A stretch of 64,000 nt of DNA from contig NC_086097.1 of NCBI RefSeq assembly GCF_963921235.1, forward strand, positions 56,174,001 through 56,238,000, written 5' to 3'. The DNA comes from Mobula hypostoma (taxonomy: Eukaryota). How positions within the stretch are numbered: position 1 is the first letter of the stretch; the number at the start of each line of letters is the position of its first letter. Made by a program: the position numbers and the translations under genes. Below the pieces are notes generated by a model, which was not told the DNA's origin, did not search any database, and saw nothing but the letters and a program-made list of their open reading frames with translations. This document shows, piece after piece, positions 12,168 through 26,201 of the stretch.

Positions 12168-14782
12168 CTACAAAATGAAAAATCATTTCAAATAAAGCCC
12201 ACAATTTATGTAAAGGTTTAAGATGCCGCTTATTTAATTGAAGCCACATGCAAAAGTATTCACATACAATGCATAATTACCTATTAAAACACACGTTTTA
12301 TTGGCATCAATGCTGACTGATGTTTTGTAAAGATTTAAAAAGTTCACTTATTGAGTAAAAACAACTTGCATAACCCTTTACCAAAGTGCAACTGTGATCC
12401 TACATTTGGGTTTAGTCCTCCCACTCAGGTTATAAACCTCTACAATTCTCAGTGGTTATCCAACTGCACAATGTGACTTGTCTATGAATCATTTCACCAT
12501 AATTATTCTTTATTTTAAGAAAATGGCAGGGATTTTTCCCAGAGTATTATTTCTGAGAGGATTCACAGTGTGGTATTAGTTATCACTGCAGCATTTGTTG
12601 AAACTAAATTGCTGTTACTCAGTTAGACATTAACAAATAATTAACTTTTAATAGATAAAAAGATGAAAGAACTCAGAAGCTAATGAAATGACTCCAGAAG
12701 TGACAAAATGTTTTCATCAACTCTGCTATATTACTTCAAATTAACCTGCCTTTTCATGCATTCAACATTGATGAAACTGAGGTTTCCTGGAAGCTTCAAC
12801 TTGTTCTCTGCATCTTTTGTAACACTGAATGTATAAGCAGGAAATAAGGACTCTTAGTCGCTGTTGGCCCAAAAAGTCGACTGCTTCTCTACTCACAGAT
12901 GCCACAGTTTAGAGAGTGTTATGAATAACTATTCAATTTCAGGTCTGGAGGTCTTCCAGAGAACGGCACTTTTAAACTGTTGCCAATGGGTACTGGATGT
13001 GGCAAATTATTCATGAACTAAAGTTGGCATTTCATGACTGGTAAAGGTGTAGCTGCTTAAGGATCAAGAGCGATGTTCAATTTGTTAAATAATAAATGCT
13101 GTTGGCTCTTAGTAACATGCTAACATCGCAAACTGTTTTTGATCTTTATGTATGCCCGGGAAAACGAGGAAGATTTGGTAGCGTTTTGAGGAATTAAAGG
13201 CATTGCTTTGCCACAGAGAATTTGAAAAAATCTGAAAATAATGTACCCATTTCACCTGCAGCATGCTCTACTTTGACCTCTGACAACAACAGTAGTGCAA
13301 TATTCATTTACTGATTTATTGTTTCAAATAAACTAGCCTGGCAAAAACTGAGGAATAGTTAATAAATTTAAGTAGTAATTTAACAGTTAACTGAATTACA
13401 GTATTAAAATTTAAATACATTTTAAAATTCTTATGACATAGTAAACACCTTCAAAACACCTCACAATTGTTTTAAATACAGAATCTCCAAGGTAACGTCT
13501 TGAGGAAGCTCCCTATAGTTTTCAAAAATGCACCACTTTAATATTGCCGAAAGTGTGTGCACATTTTGATTGTGGCTCTGAAGCTAATGCTTCAAAAGAC
13601 AAATGACCAGATTTACAGCCAGTTTTGATGACGATCTGATAGTTTTGAAGTCTAGTTAAAAATTTATTGAAACATTTTCCAACAAGGATGACAGTATGGT
13701 GCTACTGCTTGTAGAATAAATCAATAAGAAAACCGTAGTATCAAAAAGGGTATAGGGTATATGTCCAGCCACTGTTCAATGTCTTTGGAGCACTACAATG
13801 AACAACTGCAGAAGGGAGATTTAGCATCTTGCATCACCCAAATTAAAAATAATAACTTTTCACTTAAGGGAAGTGAGTGCCATTCAACCGAGAGACAAAA
13901 ATTAAGTTGGGGGAAGTAAATTTGGTTGCATATATCTAATAACACATACACTTGAGTAAATTAGACAGCTACAAAATCAACTGCATAGAAATCACAAATT
14001 AGTTTCGTCACACTTCACAGTACTGCATTTGGAAATTATTTTTTCAAAATACTGTCCCCTAAATTTAATTATGTAATTGTACTGAAATAACAAGTACTAC
14101 AAAAGGGCACAAACTGATGCTGAAGCGCACCTGCTGTGCATTCAGGTCATGGTATTTAATTAGACAAATTCAAAAATCTTTTTCATGTATAGACAAGCTC
14201 AGCTTGTTTCTAGACTCTTCCGTGAAATCCAAATTAGATGTCAGGGCTGAAGTAAATTCAAGTCACCAAAATAATCACAGAAGTAGCACAGCAAATTTCT
14301 GCCCAGTGAAAATGAGATATCATTTCACAGCAATATTGAAAAAAAGCTCAAAGATTTAACACAAATGTAAAGAATGGAACATAAATTTTCTTCATTAGTC
14401 TAGTAAGTAATGTTGTTCAACTTTTAATATGCGACTTCCATGAATGCAAGTGATGTTGGCTATAAGCTCACCATTTCTTTTATTTTAAAAACATAATGTT
14501 CATTACAAGCTAAAGAAAAACAATTCCTATAAACCACCATCCTCAAAGGAAAACAAAGCTCTTTTGGGATGACCCAGTGTTTACAGCTTCCAGTAAAAAA
14601 AATTGTAACTCAGTTTAATCATCTTCAAGAAACTGTTTCAAATGGAAATTTTTGCTAGATTTTCATGAACTTAGAATGAATAATTCATCATTGAGGCAAC
14701 TGATGGAAACCAGATACTAGTATAGTTTATTTATAAATATAGATTACTTTAATTTCAATAATGCTGGTTATTTCTTCAGTAA

Positions 14783-15476
14783 TTTGATCTGGACACGACT
14801 GCGAAAGCGCATGGATGTCAGCCAGTGAGAACAGCGAGAAGAGTTTAAAGGGAGATGATTATTCAGCAGTTTGATCAAGGCACGACTGCGCAAATGCGTG
14901 GACGTCGGCCAGTGAGAACAGCAAGAAGAGTTTAAAAGGACACCACTCTAACGAGCGGTGACAGAGTAGGAAGGCTTTGGCTCAGCGAGTCGAGGCGAGT
15001 TAGGTTGCCTGAGTAGAATACAGACAGGAAGGACAGTTTTCTGTGCTTGGTGTCAGATGTTGGAGGTCTGGGAGACTCCCAGCCTCCCGGACGGCCACAT
15101 CTGCGTCAGGTGCGTTTTGCTGTAACTCCTTAGGGACCATGTTAGGGAACTGGAGATGCAGCTTGATGACCTTCGTCTGGTCAGGGAGAGTGAGGAGGTG
15201 ATAGAGAGGAGCTATAGGCAGGTAGTCACACTGGGGCCTGGGGAGACAGATAAGTGGGTAACAGGAGAGTGAAGGGCAGGAGTCAGAGGCTAGAGAGTGC
15301 CCCTGTGGCTGTATCCCTTGACAATAAGTACTCCTGCTTGAGTACTGTTGGGAGGGTCGGCCTACCTGAAGGAAGTAACAGTGGCCGCGCCTCTGGCACA
15401 GAGTCTGGCCCCGTGGCTCAGAAGGGTAGGGAAAAAAAGAGGATGGCAGCAGTGATAGGGGTCTCTATAGTTAGGG
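14783..15476 (+). mobile_element. CR1 LINE 5' fragment: 5' UTR with ~87-bp tandem units and start of ORF1
   Basis: Units start at 14783 and 14870; ORF1 reads CAWCQMLEVW...HICVRCVLL*LLRDHVRELEMQLDDLRL (CxxC..CxxC plus leucine zipper). Confidence 0.7.
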
Positions 15477-15832
15477 TATATAGTCAGAATTTTTCTACCT
15501 TGGCAGCCCTGATATCAAAATTCCTTTTGGGAGCCAGAAAACAAAATTACTTTGGTGATAATGAGACGTACAGAGTTCTAAAATGTACAATTTGGATGAT
15601 ACCAAGATTAGATATCACATATTTAATGAATACTGCCTTACTTCTTTAATATGAAAGTCACCTCAAATTCAAAACCTATTTACAGCTAAGCCCCAGTGTA
15701 TTTACACTGTTAATCTGTGACCCATCTACAAGTTAGGTACCAATCAGTAGTAAAAGACCAAAAAATAATAAAATGTCAAAAATACCAACAGTTGGATGAA
15801 AAATGTACTTCATTTTCAAATAAGTCACTCAC

Positions 15833-16042
15833 CCTCCAGAGCCATAAGACCGCTTTTGATGATTTTTGGAATCATAATAACGCTGTAACACCATACTACT
15901 TCTATTCTTCAAGTAGCCCGTCTCAATTTCTATATAATTTTCCAAATAGGAAATGAAAATGCCTTTGATCATCTTAGCCAGAAATGTTTGCTTATCAGTG
16001 CCAAGGTCAAACTCTGCTAATTTGCTCGCTAGATTTGTGGTC
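15833..16042 (-). CDS. EXOC5: EXOC5 exon 11 (RTTNLASKLAEFDLGTDKQ...DSKNHQKRSYGSG)
   Basis: Inside ORF 15829-16065; TTCAG| and |GTGAGT; 210 nt. Confidence 0.96.
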
Positions 16043-16624
16043 CTGAAGGAAAACAGACAACACAAAAAAGGTTGCGTTCATTGTTTGTTCCTAAGCACTT
16101 ACCAATGGTATTCAAACAACAGCTAGACCGCTTGATTTTTTAAAAATATCAAACCAAACTATTTTGACCTTTTTCATTCAGTTCTGAAATACCCTACCTC
16201 AATGTGAAAAGGAGGGCAACTGAGATTTCAATGCAAGATTATTAATATAGCTTTGGTGGTCTTGATTTCAATCTGCACTCTATCTTTCAAGGCATAAGAT
16301 ATCAATTAAATCTGTTAATAAGTCCTGGAGAAATTGGATCTTTATGTTTTGATTTCTAATGATATTAATTACATAACAAAGAAATCTCAGGTAAAAAGTG
16401 CTAATATGGAAGTAGCTTACTGCCTTATTATTCTAAAAGCTTTATTATTCTGATGTGTACCCACTAACTGAAAAAGGATTAGCAAATGCTAACCCGCATT
16501 GTAATGGCTATGCAAAATTATGTAGAAGTCTATTTTATGTAACAATCATTGTGTGCAAACAATCTTTGAAATCAATTATTTTGCTATGAAAGGATTAACC
16601 ACTTGCTTGCTTTCCTAAACTTGC

Positions 16625-16830
16625 AGTCTAAACTGAATTGAATTTATATTTGTGCAGTGTATTTCAGGAATGCCAGATGCCATAAAGCACTTTACAACTA
16701 CCTGACTACTTTTGAAGTGCAGCCTCTGCTCTAATGTGCAAAATGCAACAGCCAATTTGAACACAGCAAAACTCCATAAATATTAATATGATAATGACCA
16801 GGTAATATATTTTACCGATACTGATTGAAG
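16625..16830 (-). repeat. Ancient DeuSINE (AmnSINE1/SacSINE1-like) remnant
   Basis: TACTTTTGAAGTG...CAGCCAATTTG..CACAGCAA...TGATAATGACCAG resembles the Deu/3' region as I recall it. Confidence 0.6.
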
Positions 16831-17567
16831 ACTAATCCAACTTCCACTTCCCACTGATACTCATAACATATTTTCAATTAAGCAGAAACACATTTCAACC
16901 ACTCATGAGGTTTTGTATTGGTGGAATTTACTCATCAGCATTTTCCTCTAACCTTTAAAATAATTGTCAGAAATCCTTCAGTTAATCTGCTTAATCCTCT
17001 TTTTCATGTTCTGCTCATCTGATACAATAATTACTTTTGATATCAATAAGAGTCTCAAGGTTTTGTAACTGTAACCCAGGATAGTCAGTCTATTTCTTTT
17101 CAAATAAATATCAAAGGTATTACAGATGGCCCACTGACAAACTTGGGACTCTCAAAGGTAAAATGTCTCCCCATCAAATCACCAACAGTAAGTTCATGAG
17201 TACAGAGCACTAGTTACAAATAATTTTCGAAAGTAGCGGTGGGGGAAGCAGAGATAATCAGGTAATTTTCTGCAGCACAGGGTTGACAAGACATTACAGG
17301 GTGACCAAAATAAAATTTGCATTTGTTCTAATTAAACACCAGGAAAATTTCCCAATGACAACAACGGGTCAACTTAACTATCACATATAAAGATTGCTTC
17401 CATGTAATCACAGATGCTACTAAACTATTACAATAACATTTCATTTGAACATTAATTATCACAAATTTCAATTTGATTTCAAAATTACATTTTAAAGACA
17501 GGTTGAATTTCCAATTTTATTTTTGGAATGTCTTTGCAAATTGCAATACAAAGTACAATTTCAATTA

Positions 17568-20035
17568 GACATTGAAAACTACAGCACAGAAACATGACCT
17601 TTGGTCCTTCCAGTCCATACTGTCCATTTAAACTGCCTCGCCTTATCAACCTGCAGCCAGACCATAGCCCTCTATACCCTACCCATCTTCTCCTGAACAT
17701 TGAAATTGAAATCGCATCCACCACTTGCGCTGGCAGCTTGTTCCACACACTCACCACTCTCTGAGTGAAGAAGTTTCCCCTTATGTTCCGTATAAACATT
17801 TCACCTTTCATCCCAAGACCTCTATTTGTAATCTCACCTAACCTCAGTAGAAAAAGTCAGTTTGCATTTACCCTATCTCTACCCCTCATAAAATTGTATA
17901 CCTCTATCAAATCTCCCTTCAATCTTCTACATTCTAGGGAATAAAGTTCAAACCTATTCAATCTTTCTTTATAACTCAGGTCCTCCAGTCCCAGCAACAT
18001 CCTTGTTTATTTACTCTGTACGCTTTCAGCCTTATTTACATCCTTCCTGAAGGCAGGTGACCAAAATTACACACAATAATCCAAATTAGGCTTCACCAAT
18101 GTCTTGTACAACTTCAACATAACATTCCAACTCCTGTATTCAATACTTTGATCTATGAAGGCCAATGTGCCAAAAGCTTTTTTAACTACCCTATCTACCA
18201 GTGACATCACTTTCAATGAATTACAAACCTGTATTCTCAGATCCCTTTGTTCTACCACACTCCTCAGTACTGTACCATTCACCGTGTTGGACCTACCCTG
18301 GTTCATCCTCCCAAAGAGCAACACCTCACACTTGTCTGCTTTAAATTCCAATGCAATTTTTTAGCCCATTTTTCTGGTTGCTCCAAATCCCATTGCAAGC
18401 TTTGATAGTCTTCGTCACTGTCCACTACACTCCCAATCTTGATGTCATCTACAAATTTGCTGACCCAGTTAACCACATTATCATCCAGATCGTTGATAAA
18501 GATGACAAACAATAACGGACCCAGCACCGATACCTTTCTGGAACAGCTTCAGCTATCCTCCAATCCTCTGGTACCTCACCTGTCTCAAGAATGATTTAAA
18601 TATCTCCGCTAGGGCACCTGCAATTTTAGCACTTGCTTCCCACAGGGTCTGAGGGAACATCTTGTCAAGCCTGGGGATTTGTCCACTCTGGATTGCCTCA
18701 AGACAGCAAACACCTCCTCCTCTGTAATCTGTTTTCGGTCCATGACCTCACTGCTGCTTTGACTCACTTCTATAGACTCTGTTAGTCTCCCAAGTAAATA
18801 CAGAAGCAAAAACTTAATTTAAGATCTCCCGCACCTCTTTTGGCTCTACATGTAGATTACCATTCTGACATTCCAGAGGACTAATTTTGTCCTTTGCAAC
18901 CCTTTTGATCTTAACATATCTGTAGAAGGCCTTCGGATTCTCTTTCACCTTGTCTGTTAGAGCAACCTCATGTCTTCTTCTAGCCCTCCTGATTTTTTTC
19001 TTAATATTTTCTTGCATTTCTTATACTCCTCAACTACCTCATTTGTTCCTACCTGCCTTTACCTGCTATGCACCTACTGTTTCCTCTTAACCAGGGCCTC
19101 AGTATCTCTCGAACATCAAGTTTCCCTAAACCTGTTATCCTTGCCTTTTATTACAACAGGCAAAAGAAGCTTTATATTCTCAAAATTTCACTTTTGAAGG
19201 CCCCCCACTTACCAAGTATAACCTTGCCAGTAAACAGCCTGTCCCAATCCATATAAGCCAGATCCTTCCTGATAACATCAAAATTAGCCTTCTCTAATTT
19301 AGAATCTCAACCCGAGGACCAGACCTATCCTTCTTCAAAATTACATTGAAACTGATGACATTGTGATCACGAGATGCAGTGTTCCCCGACACAAACTTCT
19401 GTCACTTGCCCCGTTTCACTTCTTAAAAGATCAAATTGTGCATACTCTCTCATTAGGACTTCTCCATGTACTGATCAAGGAAACTTCCTTGAACACACTT
19501 GACAAACTCTATCCCATCTAGTCCTTTAACAGTATGGGGGTCCCAGTTAATATGTGGCAAATTAAAATCACCGACTATCGCATCTTATGCTTCTTGCAAC
19601 AGTCTGTGATCTCTACAAATTTGTTCCTCTAAATCCCGTGGACTGTTGGGTGGTCTATGATATAGCTCCATTAATGCGGTCATACCTTTCATTATTCCTC
19701 ACTTCCACCCATAAAGTTTCATTAGAAGAGCTCCCCAGACTGTCCTGACTAAGCACTGCCATGACAATTTTCCTGACTAGCAACACCACCCCTCCCCCTT
19801 TAATGAATCCTGCTCTATCACGTCTAATATAATGGAACTCTGGAATATTGAGTCCCAACCCTCCTGCAACCAAGTCTCACTAATGGCTACAGTATCATAT
19901 TTCTTGTATTGAAATAGAAGCAGCTCCTGAATATTAGTCCCACCATGCTCAACTTTTTGTTTCCTGACCTTGTCTGAGGTCTGAACATCTGTCCACACAA
20001 CCACTCGACTATCTGTTCTGGCAGTCTGGTTCCCA
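17568..20035 (-). mobile_element. CR1 LINE ORF2 (endonuclease to RT to 3' end), internally deleted and frameshifted
   Basis: ORF fragments LGPLLFVIFINDLD, MEFKADKCEVL, NFFTQRVVSVWNKLP, RRDR...GGGV. Confidence 0.9.
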
Positions 20036-20325
20036 GTAAACGAATAATCTTAGATATCAATATTATGTAAAAATAACATTTTAAGTCAAAGTGGGACAAG
20101 GTCAAACTTCAGAAGGTCAGCAAGATTCTTACCCAAAAGGTAATTAACATACATATAAGGATTAATATCCCACATCCTTCATAACCTATTTTAATGTATT
20201 TATAAGTAGTATATCAATTCCGACTTAAGAATATATTATGAAAATAGTCCATACATTTTGACTTAGGACAGTATTTGAAGTATGGCTTTATTAAATTTAA
20301 AATGGAATTTCCAATGATACCTTAC

Positions 20326-20408
20326 CTTGTGTACAGATCATACAGGTTCTTTAAATATTGTTCTGCATCAGATCTTTTACTTTCTTCTAATCTATCGCGG
20401 ATAAAACT
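20326..20408 (-). CDS. EXOC5: EXOC5 exon 10 (SFIRDRLEESKRSDAEQYLKNLYDLYT)
   Basis: TTAG| and |GTAAGG; 83 nt. Confidence 0.95.
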
Positions 20409-21134
20409 CTAATAGATATGAAAAGAAAGATTGTTTCCAATACTGATGGATTTCAGAGTTTACAAAGTTTCTGCCAGTTAACAATTACATTACAGCAGCA
20501 ACACACAAGCTCTAACACTAATACGAAAATGAAAGAGCAATCGCAAAACTTGGCAAAATTTGAAAATTTATTTCACCTGTGAGAGGAATACTTTAAAAAC
20601 TTGTGTTGATTCACAGAGAAGGGCTAGCACAGCTTTTGGCAGGCAAGAAAAACCCCTAATCCAAATTATTCCTGAACTGTCACTATTTTTTATTCCTGAT
20701 AAGGAAAAGATACTTGAGAACGAAAGGCTTTTTATAGCTTTTTTCTGAATCCTGACAAAAGGAAAACACAGCAAAGTTGAATCACACTAACAGCAATTTT
20801 GGCATTCTAATAGGCATATTTGCTTCAGCACCTAGTCTACCAACACACAACTCCCAAATGCCTCATTTCATTTTCTGCCAAACCCATGACTTTGTTACCT
20901 ATACAATTAAATGACCTGCAGGCTATCATACTACTTTGATCCCTTTGGAAATTTGAGTTGCCATTTCCTAATGTATATCCCATGTCCTACTCACCTGTTA
21001 CTCATGTTTGATGCTCTCTGACTAATCACACTGAGAACACAATTTTTGAAAATCTTCCTTATTCTAAATTCTTTGATTGGTGTGCCCATCTCCAAGTCTA
21101 TCACTTTTCCTATTCTTTAACTCTCTGAAACATA

Positions 21135-22885
21135 AGAGACATAGAACACTACAGCACAGAAACAGGCCCTATTGTCCATCTAGTCCATGCCAGACCATTA
21201 AACTACCTAATCCCATTGACCCACACCAGGAACATAGACCTTCAGAGACCCTCTCCATTTACCTATCCAAGTTTCTCTTAGAAGTTGAAAGTGACCCCAC
21301 GTCCACCATTTGTGCTGGCAGCTCATTCCACACCCTCACCACCTTGAGAGTGAAGAAGCCCCCCTCACATTCCCCTTAAACATTTCACCTTTCATCCTTA
21401 TCCCATGATCTCTAGTTCTAGTGTCATCCAACTTCAGTGGAAGATGCCTGCTTGCATTTACCCTATACCTCTCAAATTTTGTATACCTCGATCAAATCTC
21501 CCCTCAATCTTCTATGTTCCTGGGAATAAAATCATAACCTGTTCAAGCTTTCCCTATAACTCAGGTCTGGCAATATATTTGTAAATTTTCTCTGCACTCC
21601 TTCAATCTAACTTACATCGTTCCTGTAGGTAGGTGACCAAAACTGCATACAATAATTCAAATTAGGCCTCACCAATATCTTACACAATTTCAACATAACA
21701 TCCCAATCCTGTACTCAGTACTTTGATTTATGAAGGCCAATGTGCCAAAAGAATCCTTTACAACCCTATCTACCTGTGACACCACTTACAAGAAATTATG
21801 GATCAGTATTCCCAGTTCCCTCTGTTCGCACTCCTCAGTGCTTTGCCACTCACTGCTTAAGACATACCGAGGTTGGTTCTTCCAAAGTGCAACACCTTAT
21901 ACTTGTCCACATTAAATTCCATCTGTCATTTTTCAGCCCATTTCACCAGCTGGTCCAGATCCAAGTATAAGCTTTGATAGTCTTCCTTGCTGTTCGCTAC
22001 ACCCCCAGTCTTGGTGTCATCTGCAATCTGCTGATCCAGTTTACCACATTATCATCCAGATCGTTGATATATGTAGATGACAAAAAAAAACAACGGACCC
22101 AGCACTGATCCCTACAGCACACCACCAGTCACAGGCCTCCAGTCAGAGACGTAATCATGTACAACCACTCTCAGGCTTCTTCCACAAAGCCAGTGTCTAA
22201 TCCAATTTACCACCCCATTTTGAATGCCAAGCAACTGACTTTCTTGACCAACCTCCCATGCAGGACCTTGTCAGAGGCCCTGCTAAAGTCCATGCAGACA
22301 ACATCTACTGCCTTGCCTTCTCAACTTTCCTAGTAATCACTTCAAAAAAATTCTGCAAGATTGGTTAGACATGATCTACCACACACAAAACTATGATGAC
22401 GACATAAGTCTACATCCAGTCCCCAGAGTACCTTCCAATAATTTTCCTACTACTGATGTCAGGCGCACTGGCCTATAATTTCCTTCCTTATATTTAGAGA
22501 CCTGTTATCCTTGCCTTTTATTCTGACAGAAACATACAAACTCTTTACTTTCAAAATTTCATTTTTGAAGGCCTCCCACTTACCAAGTACACCTTTGCCA
22601 GAAGACAACCTGTTCCAATCTACACTTGCCAGATCCTTTCTGATACCATCAAAAAATTAGCCTTTCTCCAATTTAGAAACTCAACCCGAGGGCCATACCT
22701 ATCCTTCTCCGTAAATACCTTGAAACTAATGGCATTATGATCACTAGATGCAAAGTGTTCCCCTACACAAAGTTCTGTCACCTGCCCTGTCTCATCCCCT
22801 AACAGGAGATCTAGTATTGCACTCCCTCTAGTTGGGACTTCTAAATACTGATTAAAGAAACTTTCCTAAACACATCTAACAAATA
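21135..22885 (-). mobile_element. CR1 LINE fragment, subfamily similar to 17568-20035
   Basis: Collinear similarity with the previous copy; RT and 3' end remnants. Confidence 0.85.
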
Positions 22886-23419
22886 TCTGAGCTCTTCCAA
22901 TTATAGTCTCTCCGGGAACTCGCTATTTCTACTTATAATCCTCAATGTCTCTACCATTTCTCTTCTGTTAGAAAGCCTATCTTTTCAAAACAAATTTTCC
23001 ATGGTCCACTATTACATCTTGTTTGAAAGTTTGGACCTAGATCTCCTTCAACAATTCCAAGATAAATTGCAAACATAATGAATTCATTAGCTATTCTGGT
23101 ATTCTGTTTTGTGTTACTCTGTAGAGCACCAATTTGCTTCAGCATTCCTGGAACTCCATTCCAAACACTCACAGGCATGTACCCACTAGTTTGTGAAATG
23201 GCACTTGCTTGCATTGCATGCAGGATAAATTCAGGCATTGGCAGGAGCTGGCAGTGTTTGCTCCAAGTGTTGAAAGACCAAGCAGATGTGACCACCTCTT
23301 TCATCAAATGATCTAAGTTGCTGTTTGTGTCCCTCTCTTTGTCTGACATCCCAGTTTTTCTATGGCAACAAGTTGAACAGTGGTCACTGGCTGTTGAGTG
23401 TGTTACCATAGAGAAATCC

Positions 23420-24750
23420 CCAGGTTGGAGAGAGATGTGGGAGTCATTCAAAAGTGAAGTAATGATTTTGCAGGACTAATGTGTACCCTTAAGTGAGAGA
23501 TAAGATCAGCAAGTTCAAAGAATCCTAGATGTCAAACGAGATTCTGTATACGGGTTGGATAAAGAAAAAATTGCCAAATACAAAGGTAAAAATGAGGGCG
23601 ATCCTTCAGGAGTATATAAAGTATAATGTGCACAGAAATAGGAGGGGAAACATGACACACAAAACATCACCGGTAGTTAAGATTAGGGAAAATCCCAAAA
23701 CACGTTATAAACACATTATGTGCAAAGGGGTACATAAAAGGGTTACTGGAGAATGAGTAAAACCCATCAGGGATCAAGGGGGAAGGAAATCTGTGCAAGG
23801 AGACAGAGGATGAAGACAAGTTCTTAAATTAGTATTTCTCATGTGCAAGCACATAATAGTTTGAGAATTCCAGGAGGGATACAGTAAAATTATGTAACTT
23901 ATATTAAAAAGGATGCATTGGATGTCTTAGTGGGCATATATGTAGATAAATCCCCTTAGCCAGATAAGATGCATCCCAGGGTTATATGCAAAGTAGAGAA
24001 GAAAATTGTGAGGCTGAGAGATTTTTAAATCTTAGACTGAGACGCTAGATGACTGGAGAACAGTAAGTATAGTACTTTTATTCAAAAAGGGTAGCAGCAA
24101 TAACCCAGATAAAAATAAAATAGGCATGCAGATCTAACATCAATGATGGGGAATATGTTGGATAAAATTCTGAGCAGAATCCAAAATGAATCTGCTGATA
24201 GGAGTCAGAGGGCAATGACAGAGAGTTATTTTAAGTTCAAATAAACTTATCAAAGTACATACAGTATATGTCACTATATACTATCCTGAGATTTATTTTC
24301 TCGTGGACATTCACAGTAAATACAAAGAAACACAATAGAATCAATGAAAAACTGTACACAAAGATGGACAAACAACCAATGTGCAAAAGACTACAAACTG
24401 TGCAAATACAAAAAGAAAAAAAAACAAAATAATAATAATACATATATAAATATTGAGAACATGAGTTGTGGAGTTCTTGAAAATGAGTCCATAGGTTATG
24501 GAAGCCTGTGACTAGTGCTGTACCACAGTGCTGAGACCCGTAAGGTTTGTTATATACATTAACAATTTAGATCTGAACTTTGGAGGCAAGTTTGCAGGCA
24601 ACTTGAGAATCGGTTATCAGCAAGGTTAGCTTTAAATTACGACATGATACTGCTCAGTTGGTAAAATGGCAGAGCAGTTGTAAATTAAATTTAATCCTGA
24701 TGACATGAGGTAATGCACTGTTGGTGGACTAATAAAGAGTAGGAAGATTG
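23420..24750 (+). mobile_element. Highly degraded CR1 fragments interrupted by a minus-strand repeat (~24236-24500)
   Basis: KIRENPK and VDKSP.PD.MHPR remnants. Confidence 0.55.
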
Positions 24751-24759
24751 AGAGCTTCA

Positions 24760-25090
24760 TGTTTCTAGAAGCGAACACTACCAATATCCTGTCCTGGTCT
24801 AACCAAGTAGATATCATGACCAAGGAAGCCTACCAATGCCTCTACTTCATCAGGAGCTTAAAAAAATTTGGAACATCCCATTGATTTTTATCAATGCACC
24901 ATAGAAAGCATCCTATCTGGATGCATTATGGCTTGGTATGGCCATTAATATGCACGTGACCTCAAGAAACTGGAGGGAGTTGTGGACACAGCTCAGCACA
25001 TCATGGAAACAAGATTCCAGATTTGTGAATGGTCCATGAACATTACCTCACTATTTCTGCTCTTATTTTATATTTCTTATTGTAACTTAC
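24760..25090 (+). mobile_element. Rex1/Babar-like LINE 3' fragment
   Basis: KEAYQCLYFIRSLKKF and IESILSGCI.AWYG remnants. Confidence 0.6.
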
Positions 25091-25107
25091 AGTATTCTTC
25101 ATGAATT

Positions 25108-25517
25108 GCTCTGGAATTTAGAAGGCTGAGAGGGGATCTTATTGAAACATATAAGATTATTAAGGGATTGGACACGCTGCAGGCAGGAAGCATGTTCCCA
25201 CTGATGGGTGAGTCCAGAACCAGAGGCCACAGTTTAAGAATTAGGGGTAGGCCATTTAGAATGGAGTTGAGGAAAAACTTTTTCACCCAGAGAGTGGTGG
25301 ATATATGGAATGCTCTGCCCCAGAAGGCTGTGGAGGCCAAGTCTCTGGATGCTTTCAAAAAAGAGATGGATAGAGCTCTTAAAGATAGCGGAATCAAAAG
25401 TTATGGGGATAAGGCAGGAACTGGATACTGATAGTGGATGATCAGCCATGATCACAGTGAATGGCGGTGCTGGCTCAAAGGGCCGAATGGCCTACTCCTA
25501 CACTTTTTGTCTATTGC
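25108..25517 (+). mobile_element. CR1 3' end, young subfamily
   Basis: ORF 25168-25431 RTRGHSLRIRGRPF...KNFFTQRVVDIWNALP. Confidence 0.9.
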
Positions 25518-26201
25518 TGTCACAAACGAAAAATTTCATTACATGTCAGTGATAATAAACGTGATTCTGATCTTGTCTATAATTTTGTTTTATTATTTCT
25601 TTCAGGGATAAAGAAACAACCAAGTAAATTGAGTCTATATTCACCAGAATGGAGAAAAATGAGAAAAGATTTGACTGAAACACAAGATTTTGAGGGAGGT
25701 TCATAGTATCAATGATAGGGATTGCAGATGTGGTGGGGGGGGGAGCTTTGGGCATGTTGTCAGCACATGATTCATAAGATTTACATCTCCCCAGTACATG
25801 GTCACAAATCTTTGAAATTATCAAACCTGAAGAGCTTAGAGCTAAATCACTGTATATTCAAGGGCAAAACAGATTTACTTTACATCTTCAGGAAAGCCAA
25901 AGGTTATGGTGAACTAGGCAGGAAGGTAGAATTAAAAGTCAGGATCAACCATGACCTTATTGGAAGGCAGAGTGGGTCTGAAACCCTATGGCTCTTCTTT
26001 CTATTTTTATATTAAAGCTGGGTTCTACTTCAGAGCAATTTACAACTTAGGCCAATATCATAACTGATTTATTCCTGGCATATAACACCTTTTAGTTCAT
26101 TAGCAGGTTAATACACATTAGAATTGAAACCCATTTACACAGCTAGGGATATTTACCATTTTCAATTATTTAAAACATGTTCTGCAGTAGTAAAACATTA
26201 C

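Noticed and set aside
22951..23451. 166-aa minus-strand ORF in intron 9
   Set aside because: No recognisable homology or convincing splice sites; sandwiched between CR1 fragments; likely chance.
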